A stretch of 64,000 bases of DNA. Source: Eledone cirrhosa. Lineage: Eukaryota. The notes below the pieces were generated by a model. That model ran no database searches. It saw only the letters and a list, made by a program, of their open reading frames with translations, and was not told where the DNA came from. The stretch is from the NCBI GenBank assembly GCA_964016885.1, contig OZ024758.1, forward strand, positions 31,248,001 to 31,312,000, read 5' to 3'. Both the position numbers and the translations under genes were made by a program. Positions 13,155-25,452 of this stretch are shown here, piece after piece; the stretch's first letter is position 1; the number at the start of each line of letters is the position of its first letter.

Positions 13155-13955
13155 CTGGAATTTTTTCCGTATCTTCCCATTTTAAAATATATAAATATGA
13201 ATATTCTTATTAACTCAGTTAACTTAATTTAAGTTAACTTAATATTTACTTACATTAAATACAAAACCAATATCCCTCATAACTCATTAAAACAATTATC
13301 TATAACACGATATACCCATCTATTCATTTATTTATCTATTTATGCATTTATCTATTCATTGATTGATTGATTGATTTATTGATTTATTTATTTTTCTATC
13401 TATCTATTTTTCTATCTATTTATTTTTCCATATATTTTTCTATCTAATTTTATATATATTTATTTTTCTATATATATCTATTTATTTTTCTATCTACTTA
13501 TAACATTAAATATTATATTAGAAAATAATTTTAACAACTAATTAATCGTAAATACACGTACCATTATATATATACTTAGAATATATTTCCCCAAATTAAC
13601 GTTATATGAGTTTTATTCATCCTATTGTTAATTTCTTCTCTCTATCTCTCTCGTAATATTTTTTTTCTCTCTCTCTTTCTCCAGTGTCATTTAAATAAAC
13701 GGTTGTTTTTCAATTATTTACATATTCATTTGCATATCCACACATAAGTTTGAATACTCCCTAATATATTTCCACTATCCAGTGAATTTCCAACCGATAA
13801 GGTATGATTTTCATGGGTATGTCTCTATTTATATAACAAACTTTTTATTTTATCTGATGAAAGCGTACCAATGTTGTCTTGGTTGCCGTTGAAATACATA
13901 TAATAAAATAAATATGGTTTTATAAATATAGTTTCCATTTATTTAATATCATTGT
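13150..13955 (+). mobile_element. PLE 3' region fragment related to 6448-6900
   Basis: The last ~200 bp align with the rc of 6448-6630; bounded by (TA)n. Confidence 0.6.
13844..13912 (+). ncRNA. Minimal type-I hammerhead motif
   Basis: TTTATTTTAT-CTGATGA-AAGCGTACCAA..TTGGTTGCCGTT-GAAA-TACATA-TA-ATAAAATAAA; 10-bp stem I. Confidence 0.7.
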
Positions 13956-13967
13956 ATATATATATAT

Positions 13968-14156
13968 ATTGGTAAACGGAATAGAAAATGCTGACAAATT
14001 GTTCACAGTGAAAAATAGTTTAATTAGGAATAAGTGAGAATTAGTAATAGTATTGGTTAGTATTCAGTTTTGGTTTTAAGTTTTACCGGTTGCGCATTTC
14101 TAATGCTTTTCAAAAATAATTTTGAGATAGAGCATCCGTGATGTTTGCTCTAATCT
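13968..14156 (-). repeat. Single copy of the 2831-3150 repeat family
   Basis: rc matches 2960-3150 with few changes; (TA)n on both sides. Confidence 0.85.
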
Positions 14157-14176
14157 GTATATATACATATATATAC

Positions 14177-14263
<87 letters not shown>

Positions 14264-14451
14264 CACACATAAAGCCGGCGGTGTTGAGACCGGGAGTACT
14301 CTAGGCATGGGAATAGTCAGACATTATATATACTAGCAGAAAAACCACCCACGTGTTGTTTTCTACTAACATATGTAGTGTGAATATTGGTATTATATGC
14401 AAATATATATGTATATAGATATATGTAAATTGAAAAGTAAATTGACAATAT

Positions 14452-15058
14452 CTTCTTCGCCCACTTATTTCTGAGAGGGTCGTGGAGGCCGAGTCCTTCT
14501 CAAACACTCCTTCCAGCGAGTCAGTCAGAAGCAAACCTCTCTAACTGATGCAGCTGGATACCAAAGCGTGGCCAGCCAAGCTCATGGATTTTATCCAACT
14601 ATCTTGCTCAGGACCTACCTCTGGGTCTCATGCCGGTTGGTTTTTGCCTGTAAAATGTGTCCAGCGATTCTTTATTGAGACATTCTAACAACATGCTCAT
14701 AATATAGGAGTTGTGATCTCTCAATTCAGAGAAGTAGCAGCTCTACCATGAGTGACTGGTCTCTGAGCTATGCACTCCAAAGACCCTTCGGAGGAATCCC
14801 ATTTCTGCCGCTTTTATTTGCAATTGTATTCTTTTGGTCATTACTCAAGATTCACGATCCTCAGTAAGAGGTGGCAGGAAGAAGCGAGTTTGGCTTTTAC
14901 ACCTACCCCCTTCTTCCTATTGCTGAGGCTGGCGCATTACTGCATCAGCTTTTGCAATTCTTGCACTACTTAATTCAGCCTCCTGCATTCCATCAATCAT
15001 GAACACGGCTCCAAGATACTTGAACTTCTCTAACTGCTTCGGTAGAACTCCATTCACA
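14452..15058 (-). mobile_element. Decayed RTE-clade LINE 3' fragment
   Basis: VNGVLPKQLEKFKYLGAVFMIDG..ARIAKADAVMRQ; RTE-like 3' end CACGACCCTCTCAGAAATAAGTGGGCGAAGAAGA. Confidence 0.7.
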
Positions 15059-15188
15059 TGTATATAAATTTGAGGGGCTTCTGTCCACCCATCCATCACA
15101 CAATATGTACGTATCTTTGTGTGAATGTATGTGTGTGTAAAAGGAAGGAAAGGGATACACACATACATGTTTCTAACTTTAAAACAGT

Positions 15189-15271
<83 letters not shown>

Positions 15272-15329
15272 CTCTAATTTAAGAACACCGACAAAACCAC
15301 GCGCGCGCACATACACACACTATCCTATT

Positions 15330-16000
15330 ACCACTTAAGAGCTTTGGTCCTGGCAAACATCCCCTCAATTTTGGAACCGTCTGGTTTGTCCAGAATTGAT
15401 TGGAAAAGACTTGACGGTCTTACTCTGTGCTCCTGGTCAAGAGGCAGGTGCCTTACCTGGGACGTCACAGTTAGTGACCCTTTTGCTTCTTCCCACATCT
15501 TGGATGCTGCGGTAAAGGCGAGAGCTACAGCATCCGCAGCTGAACGGAACAAAATCCTAAAATACCGTGTTCTGTCAGCTAACTATATTATCCAGCCTGT
15601 GGCGTTCGAGACATTTGGGCGAGTCGGGCTACTGACAGGAGGTCCTTATCTTCACTGGCGGCTCGCCAAACAGAGGTAAGTGGTGATGCTCGTGAGGGCA
15701 CTTGGTTGTTCCAGCACCTCAGCCTCACCATCACCCCAGGTAACGCTGCGAGCGAGCTGGCTTGCCTCAAAAATCATTAGAGAGGTTTCCCAGTGCTCCT
15801 CGCTATATTGCTATATTTTGCTCTAGTAGCGTCTCTTTTTCCACTCTTTCGCCTGCATTTTGTTCTATGTGGTCTAAGATGTGTGTGTTACGTGCTTGTG
15901 TATTTTGTCTCTTTCTTTTTTCCTTTACCTTTCCTTTGTATATATTATATTTGTTAGTGTTTTCGTTCTGTAAGCATTTTATTAAATTTTTATACAAATT
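15330..16000 (+). mobile_element. CRE-like non-LTR retrotransposon 3' fragment (restriction-like endonuclease domain)
   Basis: LEPSGLSRIDWKRLDGLTL..W..GRCLTWDVTVSD..AAERNKILKY..PVAFETFG, then PGNAAS in a shifted frame and a T-rich 3' UTR. Confidence 0.75.
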
Positions 16001-16550
16001 ATTTTTTAAAAAGGAGTTAAACTGTGTTGTTGATAAATAGATAAAACGTTATACTTGTTTTACCCTCTCATTTCCAATTCATCGAACGCTGCTATCATGA
16101 CTGTATGACTGTATGCGTGTGCTTGTGTAAATGTATACGTGTGAATGTGTGTTTGTGTAAATGTATATGTGTGAAAGTATGTGTATTTTTGTGAATGTAT
16201 GTCCGTGAGCCTGTATTTTGTAAGTGTGTGTTTGCGCGATTATAGTTATATACTCATACATATAGATGTAGGTATGTACACATACACACACATACCCGTC
16301 AGCGTGTTGAAAATCATAATCACTCTTTCTTTCTGTATATCTCTCATCAAACACTCTCTCTTTCTATATATATGGTAGTTGAAGTGGTGGTGGTGGCGAC
16401 GATATACCGAAAGTGTAGAAATTTGAAACTGAAAAGAAGTCAATTTTAAATAAGCAATAAAATTATTTATGTTAAATTTAATTAAAAAAATACGAAATTG
16501 AGTAGATAAATTATGTAATATTCATTCATTATTTATTCAAAGTAATCCAT

Positions 16551-16735
16551 TGGCGGTGGATTGGGAGTATCGGTAGAGGGTCGGACGCCATGCTTTCCAG
16601 CATAGTTACGTCCCTTTATGATCTGAGTTCAAATCCCGCCGAGGTTGACTTTGCCTTTCATCCTTACGGGGTCGATAAAATAAAGTACCAGTAATGCACT
16701 GGGTGATTGCTGGCCTTGTGCCTAAAGTAGAAACA
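16551..16735 (+). mobile_element. SINE family A, full length, 22-bp TSD
   Basis: A/B boxes (GGCGGTGGATTGG..GAGTTCAAATCC); ATTATTTATTCAAAGTAATCCA at 16528-16549 and 16736-16757. Confidence 0.92.
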
Positions 16736-18347
16736 ATTATTTATTCAAAGTAATCCAAATTATTTTACTAACTGTATTAAAAGAAATAAACCGTCCGCAG
16801 TCCCGCGCTCCTTACTTTATTATAGTTACAATTAGCTGTGATGTGGAAGAAAACGCGTTAACTACATTGCTATGCCTGAGGCCAGGTTTACAAGTTAGAT
16901 CATAAGATAGTCCATTTAATGTTATTTCTTTTTTCAGGTCCCAATTCAACAACAATTTCCATCAACACACGTTTCCGATTTATTGAGTGACGTGTTTATT
17001 GAAAGTTACTTATATTTTTATCTTTCCCTGGTGCCAATTCAGAGTTTTCTCTTTTCAAATTATAACTGTATTTTTTCACATTTTCTTGTATTCAACGATT
17101 ATTATATTTTAACTTTCAGTAGTGATATATCTAAAATCGTGTAATCAATATTTGAAAGGTTTATTTTGTTTTAATTTATTAGAATCAGAAGGATTCAATA
17201 AACACAATCCAACGAAACCCTCTAATTTCTGTTGACCCCTTCATATACTTAAGGAGCAGTATCGCATCCACAAAAAATAATGTCAAAAAACATAAGCTGT
17301 TCCCAATAACCATAGTGTCCTCTGGAAGTTTTCACTATCAGACGATCTTTTAACCCTTGTTAGCTATGGTTTTCAAAGTCATTTTATTATAATATATGGA
17401 AAATAACTATAAAGTTTATGAGTCGTATTTCATTAGATGGACGGGAATAACATAAAATTCACCGGCTAATCAGAGGCACGATTATAAAATAATCTTTTGG
17501 ACAATGAGAAATGTTATATAGAGTTTGAGGCTGACAAATGTGCATAGGGCATCATCGATAAAGTTAGGTTGACCAAATCAAAAAATACTAATATTGAAAT
17601 AAATCAAACATTTGAAAATTTCGGCACAGAATAGATATGCAAATATTTAGAAATCAATGACTAAAAGTATTGATACGAAATTAATGTATCCGAAGGATCG
17701 GGATGGTTCTATAGAGTGAACTTAATAAAAAGAAATCAGACAGTAGTAATCAACAGACAGCAGTACTAAACTTTATTGTGATAAACTGGAGTTTGCATGA
17801 GTTACAGAAAATAGACATAAAAATAGTAAAAAAAAATAGAGAATTGCAATTCATCATCCTGAAGTCTGTAGCTTGTGGGGAGTGGGAGGGCTGATGAATT
17901 ACAATTCATCAGCCTAAAGAAGCACTCGAAAATATAATGACAAGCAGATGGTGGGGAAATCTTTTTACAATCAATACTCTATCACTGTTGAAATAGCTTA
18001 GAATATTAATCAGGTTTCAACGCTAAAACTGATAAAAACAATATCAATCCACCAAACGCTACTTGGAAAATATTAAAAATTCAAGTATTTAAATGGGAAG
18101 GTTAAATTGTGTCTCAGTAGATGTGTATTGTACATGATAAACTGTGCTAAAATTACAAAATTGGCATAGAAAATAAGCGTTGCAGGTATGCATACACCAC
18201 AAAGAGGTTTTGTAAATTACAAAACAAAAATACGCTGGAAAATACATTTTACACAGAAATCCTAATACGAAGAACCGCTCAAATATTATAGTTAATGACA
18301 ATCTGATGGGCAGTTACCGTGGTCAATATTTGAGTAAATTACATCTA

Positions 18348-18495
18348 AAGTCTGTCTTAAGAGGCTCGTAAGACCGGTGCTCACCCCGGTATGATGGCGT
18401 GAAGCAACACAAGTCTCCATCCTGGACAGGACGCCAGTCCATCGCAAGGATAAACCCCCAGCTATTGGTGGTACTCATTTTCAGCTGAGAATACT
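18348..18495 (-). mobile_element. SINE family C, 3' half
   Basis: rc resembles 44830-44990 (AATGAGTACCA..TGCGATGGACT..CCTGTCCAGG..GCTTCA..ACCGGG). Confidence 0.7.
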
Positions 18496-18891
18496 AAGTA
18501 ACTAAAATAATCAACTTAATTTAAGAAATAACTGTCTGGATAAACAATACAACCTGAATGGTGCCAGAAATACTAAAGTAGTTGTCATACAAGAACGAAT
18601 CATCGTCACTGTATATATTGAGAAGGACATATCTAATCCATTTGATATATTTGACAAATGGCATTTATGTTGCTTATTTTATGAACCTGTGTACTAGGAT
18701 CAAAATAAGCAAGAAACTATATCTGGAAAGAGAACTGGATAGAATATATATATATATATGTTGAAGTTCTATTTAAATTGTTGGGATACAACAAGCAAAT
18801 ATTTTTATGACTGATATAAAGCACTCAACAAATTATTGGAGTAAAAATACGATATATTAACAAATGGAAACTATATTTATAAAACCATATT

Positions 18892-18956
18892 TATTTCATT
18901 ATACATATTTCAAGGACACCAAGTTAAATTATGATGTGCTTTCATCAGATAAAATA
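18892..18956 (-). ncRNA. Minimal type-I hammerhead motif (left arm)
   Basis: rc: TATTTTAT-CTGATGA-AAGCACATCA..TGGTGTCCTT-GAAA-TATGTA-TA-ATGAAATA. Confidence 0.68.
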
Positions 18957-19089
18957 TAATATAGATCAGTTTTATAAATAAATATTGACATACCCTTAAA
19001 AAATGCGACCATTTCTGTTGGAAGCTCCCGGATATGGTCGCATTTTTTAAGAGTATGTCAATATTTATTTATAAAACTGATCTATATTA

Positions 19090-19155
19090 TATTTTATCTG
19101 ATGAAAGCGCACCATAATCTGCCTTGGTGGACCTTGAAATATGTATAATGAAATA
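19090..19155 (+). ncRNA. Minimal type-I hammerhead motif (right arm)
   Basis: TATTTTAT-CTGATGA-AAGCGCACCA..TGGTGGACCTT-GAAA-TATGTA-TA-ATGAAATA. Confidence 0.68.
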
Positions 19156-19284
19156 AAAATGGTTTTATAAATATAGTTTCCATTTGTTAATATATTGTAA
19201 ATTTACTCCAATAATTTGTCGAGTGCTTTATATCAGTTATAAAAATATTTTGCTTGTTGTAGCCCAACAAATTAAATCTACATA

Positions 19285-19326
<42 letters not shown>

Positions 19327-19392
19327 CATATATATATATATATATATATATAGACATATATATATATATATAGACATATATATATATATATA

Positions 19393-19552
<160 letters not shown>

Positions 19553-19562
19553 TATATATATA

Positions 19563-19905
<343 letters not shown>

Positions 19906-20002
19906 TGCTAGCATTGATATGCATCTGTGTGTATATAAATGTTACTAGATATAAATTCCTTATATATATATATATATATATAGACATATATATATATATA
20001 TA

Positions 20003-20093
<91 letters not shown>

Positions 20094-20294
20094 TTAGTTA
20101 TACTATTTATGGTTATGTAAATACAAAACCTTAAGCGGTTGTAGGTATTTTACACACACCCTAAATAGTGGTAGGCAGTATTGTATTACTACCTTATTAC
20201 CAGTAAGTTAAGTAGCTCAATGTAAAAACATCAGATGATTTACAGAGCAGTTATATGAAATATAAGAATCAAAGAACTGTTCAAAACATTATTG

Positions 20295-20341
20295 TGCTTA
20301 CAGCTGTTTCCTCCAAACCGAGGTTTGGATTCTTCGGAGCA
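20295..20341 (-). ncRNA. Minimal hammerhead motif with U4C change, in a (TA)n-abutting repeat (~20091-20530)
   Basis: rc: TGCT-CCGAAGA-ATCCAAAC CTCG GTTTGGAG-GAAA-CAGCTG-TA-AGCA. Confidence 0.6.
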
Positions 20342-20530
20342 ATTTATTAATGCATGGACAGTTATATGACCTCCTTTTCAGCCGAGAGACATACCAATAC
20401 ATATTCAAACATTGATACATATTCAAACATTGTGGGTCAACATTCATTACAGAATTTAGAGTGGCAGTACACACTTCGAGATTACATTCATATTAATAGG
20501 TACAATCAAAAATCAAAGATATAGAAACCA

Positions 20531-21127
20531 GCATCAGTGATAGTTTGGGCAGCCATTTCTGAAAGAGGGAAGTCTCCTCTGATTTGTGTGCCTCAAGGAG
20601 TTAAAATTAACAAAGAACTTTACATAAAGGATATTTTGGAAGGAGCACTGATGCCATGGTGCACATCTGTTTATGGCGATGACATTTGGACTCTCCAACA
20701 AGATGGAGCGATGAGCCACACTGATCGCGTAACACAAACAACAATGGTGTAGAGACCATTGTCCTACATGGATCAGTAAGGAAGAGTGGTCTCCCACATC
20801 ACGAGATCTCAACACTCTCGATTTTTCTTTATAGTCAATTCTTGAGACTGAAGCCTGCTCTACTCCTAGCCAAAATACTGAAACTCTAAAATCATAACTG
20901 AATAAAGTATGGGAGAAAAAAACCTATGGAAACTGTTCGTGCAGCCATCGAAGACTTTCCTAGAAGTCTTCGAGCAGTAGTGAGAACTAGAGGAAGACAT
21001 TTCGAATACATTTTTGTGCAGGTGTTTAATAGTATATTACTTACTATTTGTTGAAGTCAGATCTTGAAATAAATGTTTTTTTCAAGAACTATTTGCATTT
21101 TATTGGTAACAGTTTTTATGCCCCACC

Positions 21128-21130
<3 letters not shown>
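20531..21130 (+). mobile_element. Tc1/mariner (maT/DD37D-like) transposon 3' fragment with right TIR
   Basis: VWAAISERGKSPL..GVKINKELY..QQDGAMSHT, then W.PTSRDLNTLDFS; ends TTTATGCCCCACCCTG followed by TA. Confidence 0.85.
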
Positions 21131-21225
<95 letters not shown>

Positions 21226-21247
21226 CATATATATATATATATACATA

Positions 21248-21291
<44 letters not shown>

Positions 21292-21623
21292 CATATATAT
21301 ATATTACATATATATATATATACATATATATGTATATACATATATATATATTACATATATATATACATATATATGTATATACATATATATATATTACATA
21401 TATATATATATATACATATATATACATATATATATATATACATATATATACATATATACATACATATATATACATATATACACATATATACATATATATA
21501 CATATATACATATATATACATATATACATATATATATACATATATACATATATATACATACATATACATATATATATACATATATATACATATATATACA
21601 TATATATATACATATATATATAC

Positions 21624-21656
<33 letters not shown>

Positions 21657-21713
21657 CATATATATATATACATATATATATACATATATATATATATACA
21701 TATATATATACAC

Positions 21714-21765
<52 letters not shown>

Positions 21766-21809
21766 ATATATATATATACATATAAATATACATATATATA
21801 CATATATAT
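21131..21809. repeat. Interrupted (TA)n/(TACA)n microsatellite; similar large tracts at 19282-19674, 22420-23076, 24256-24574, 26222-27548, 35564-35911, 36245-36636, 39783-40403, 40977-41735
   Basis: Directly visible simple repeats. Confidence 0.97.
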
Positions 21810-22419
21810 ATGGTGGCTGCCAACTCGTTTTCGAGTACGGCCACTACTTTATATCCATGTAGGAGAACCCCTACCGATGCGCTGAACGAATGTGACTTTT
21901 TAGTCTAGCCAGCGACTTGAAAACTCTGGTACATAGACTACACTTGTGACCATTATTGACACATAGTGCTGGGCCCATGGTACCATGTGATGACAAGTGC
22001 AGAGAGATCTCCAGATATAAAGCAATGCCTGTGCTGTGAAGCTTTTATAGTGAGCAAAGGCACTGCACAAAGCCAGTCCCACTCTCTTAACCAAGATGAT
22101 ATTTACCAAAAAGAAGAACAAGTCAACATCATTGGATACCATCAGGGTTGCAGGTGTTATATCAGAGTTTTCCTTCTCCTTGAATTCTGCCTTGACAAAG
22201 GCTAAGGGGTCATCTCTCCCGGTGATTTTGGATGGCTATTGACTCTTAAGAGCTCCCTTGCCCTTTGACAGGTTTTGTTTTTAGTCCTGCAGGATGTCCA
22301 AAGCCACCCTCCTCACCAAGAAACCTTGGTGGGGTTGCCAGTTTAGTCGCCAACGACCCGACCATGAGACAGGTTGTACTGGGATACATGTTACCAGTAG
22401 CACCAACTGGTGACCTGAC
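21810..22419 (-). mobile_element. RTE-derived bipartite non-autonomous element, apparently full length (~610 bp)
   Basis: 5' part has the RTE 5'-UTR motif GGAGAAGGAAAACTCTGA. 3' part encodes the C2H2 finger [22 protein letters not shown] and an RTE-like terminal stem-loop. No RT/APE coding. The same 5' end recurs at 42568. Confidence 0.82.
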
Positions 22420-22665
22420 ATAATACATACATATATACACATATACATACATACATATATACATATACATACATACATATACATACATACATACATATAC
22501 ACATATATATACATACATATATATATACATATACATACATATATACACACACATACATACATATATATACATACATATACATACATATATACACATATAC
22601 ATACATATACACATACATACATATACACATACATACATATATATATACATACATACATACATACA

Positions 22666-22701
<36 letters not shown>

Positions 22702-23076
22702 CACATACATACACATACACATACATACATACATATATATATATATACATACATACACATATACATACATACACACATACATACATACATACATATATAT
22801 ATACATACATACATACACATATACATACATATACACATATATACATATATATACATATACATACATATACATATACACATACATACATATATATATACAT
22901 ACATACACACATACATACACATATATACATATACATATATACACATACATACATATATACATATACATACATATATATATATATACATACATACACATAT
23001 ATATACATATACATACATATATATATTCATACACATAAACATACATACATATATATATACATACATATATATATAC

Positions 23077-23490
23077 ATGGTGGCTGCCAACTCGTTTTCG
23101 AGTACGGCCACTACTTTATATCCATGTAGGAGAACCCCTACCGATGCGCTGAACGAGTGTGACTTTTTAGTCCAGCCGGCGACTTGAAAACTCTGGTACA
23201 AACACTACACTTGTGACAATTATTGACACATAGTGCTGGGCCCATGGTACCATGTGATGACAAGTGCGGAGAGATCTCCAGATATAAAGCAATGCCTGTG
23301 CCGTGAAGCTTTTATAGTGAGCAAAGCCACTGCACAAAGCCAGTCCCACTCTCTTAACCAAGATGATATTTACCAAAAAGAAGAACTAGTCAACATCATT
23401 GGATACCATCGGGGTTGCAGGTGTTATATCAGAGTTTTCCTTCTCCTAGAATTCTGCCTTGACAAAGGCTAAGGGGTCATCTCTCCCGGA
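23077..23490 (-). mobile_element. RTE-derived non-autonomous element, 5'-truncated
   Basis: Near-identical to 21810-22222. Confidence 0.88.
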
Positions 23491-23562
23491 GACATATATA
23501 TATAGATACATATATATATACATATATATATACATATATATATACATATATATATATACATA

Positions 23563-24255
23563 TATATTAATAAGAGGAATTCCAACTTTGTCTGATTTAC
23601 TCGTTTTATTTACAATCCTTTAAAATATATATAAAATATATATAATGGTATTATAATGAAATTTCACTCCGCCAAAAGGAAGAAATATCTATCTCGACCA
23701 ATACATTGACATCCTGTCTAAATTTCCTCTTAGACATAATACTAATGTTAGGCCAAACATTAACAAATCAGAAATGTCTGCACTTAAACGTATACAAAAT
23801 GATAAAACAATAATAATTAAACAAGCAGATAAAGGGGGTGCAGTTGTTATAATGGATACTGAATACTACAAGGATTTGGTTGAGGAACAACTGAAAGACA
23901 CAACATTCTATCATGAAATACCGTCAAATATAGACCACAACATCATGAAGAAGATCAACAACCTGGCTTCAAAATACCACAACTCATTTACTGATAAGGA
24001 AAGAGACTACATCACCAATTTTGAGCCGAAACCCAGCAACCTGTATGGCCTACCGAAAGTTCACAAGTCAAAAGAAATACAACTGGCAGTAAGAGAACAA
24101 AACAGTGAGTACATTAAATTATTACACCCTTTCATTATAATACCATTATATATATTTTAAAGGATTGTAAATAAAACGAGTAAATCAGACAAAGTTGGAA
24201 TTCCTCTTATTAATATAATCTTCTATACACAATCATACACACCCGTGTATATTTA
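23563..24255 (+). mobile_element. PLE RT N-terminal fragment (23690-24125) bracketed by inverted terminal-repeat pieces
   Basis: IIIKQADKGGAVVIMD..LYGLPKVHK; 23563-23661 is the rc of 24130-24217. Confidence 0.85.
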
Positions 24256-24386
24256 CCTATCTATATCTATATACATATATATATAGATATATATATATAT
24301 ACACATATATATGTACATATATATATACATATATATATACATATATATATATATATGTTTATATATATATATATATGTGTGTGTGT

Positions 24387-24436
<50 letters not shown>

Positions 24437-24470
24437 TTATATATATATACACACATATATATATACACAC

Positions 24471-24574
<104 letters not shown>

Positions 24575-24765
24575 GCAGTTGAAAATTGCAAACTTGACTG
24601 TCACCACAGAATATGAACCTGAAGATTGCGAGAGCATGAAAGTACTTGTTCAATTAACACTTAACATTTAATAGTCTACCATACTATTTCATTATAATAC
24701 CATTATACATTTTAAAGGATTGTAACTAAAACGAATAAATCAGACAGAATCATACACACCCGTGC

Positions 24766-24770
<5 letters not shown>
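24575..24770 (+). mobile_element. Solo PLE terminal repeat (family also at 23563, 24130, 35142-35563)
   Basis: Sequence match to 35372-35563; (TA)n on both sides. Confidence 0.8.
24614..24652 (+). ncRNA. Minimal type-I hammerhead motif
   Basis: TGAAC-CTGAAGA-TTGC GAGA GCAT-GAAA-GTAC-TT-GTTCA. Confidence 0.8.
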
Positions 24771-24837
<67 letters not shown>

Positions 24838-24841
<4 letters not shown>

Positions 24842-25450
24842 TAAATCATGTGTATAGAATTATTAGATAAATAATATATATATCATTTCCTCTGCTAATC
24901 AGCATAATTAACCATATAAAAAATCAATTAGACCAAGCTATAAGGTTCCTATGAAGAAATCTCCGACAAATAAACGAAAGTGGCCTCTTCGCGGTGGCCT
25001 CAATAGAGTATTTATCCAACATTTCGACAGCATGTAGAAACTGACCAAATATACAATCAACCATACACAATTAGGTGTAAATTCAAACTTAGAAGAAATG
25101 TGCACATACCGTAACTATATCTCTACCATGGTTTCATCCGTATTTTTAGATATCCAATTAATAGGAAATCCACAGAGTTCGGATTCATCAGGAGACAAAA
25201 TCAAAAATAGACACTTAGTATTCCAAAGTGATCGCGCCAAAATTAGATTCGAAAATGGGTTAGAACCGCAATATGGCCGTGGTAAAGTTGGAAAGAATGT
25301 GATTGGTTGCTTACGGCGGGTAGGCTTGTTGCTAGAAAGCGCAGCCAAATATCGCCAAATTGTATCTCAACCTAACGGGAGATTATTAAATATAAAGGTT
25401 TACATATACATAAAGCCATTTTCGAATTTAATTTTGGCGCGATCACTATT
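24838..25450 (-). mobile_element. PLE terminal repeat related to 38900-39430, with an inverted piece at 25300-25450
   Basis: 24838-25265 is a diverged rc of 39010-39430; 25305-25365 matches 38901-38958 directly. Confidence 0.78.
25118..25197 (-). ncRNA. Type-I hammerhead motif with long stem-II loop
   Basis: rc: TGTCTC-CTGATGA-ATCCG..CGGAT-GAAA-CCATGG-TA-GAGATA. Confidence 0.8.
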
Positions 25451-25452
25451 GC

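Larger units (their letters stand above)
18770..19281. repeat. ~510-bp head-to-head palindrome of a PLE terminal repeat between (TA)n tracts
   Basis: Arms ~18770-19012 and ~19034-19281, diverged by scattered substitutions; loop ~20 bp. Confidence 0.92.

Noticed and set aside
16551-16640. tRNA-like A/B boxes
   Set aside because: SINE heads, not cloverleaf tRNA genes.
16921-17150. Polypyrimidine-CAG acceptor followed by a short open frame (possible host exon)
   Set aside because: No recognisable domain, donor or neighbouring exons.
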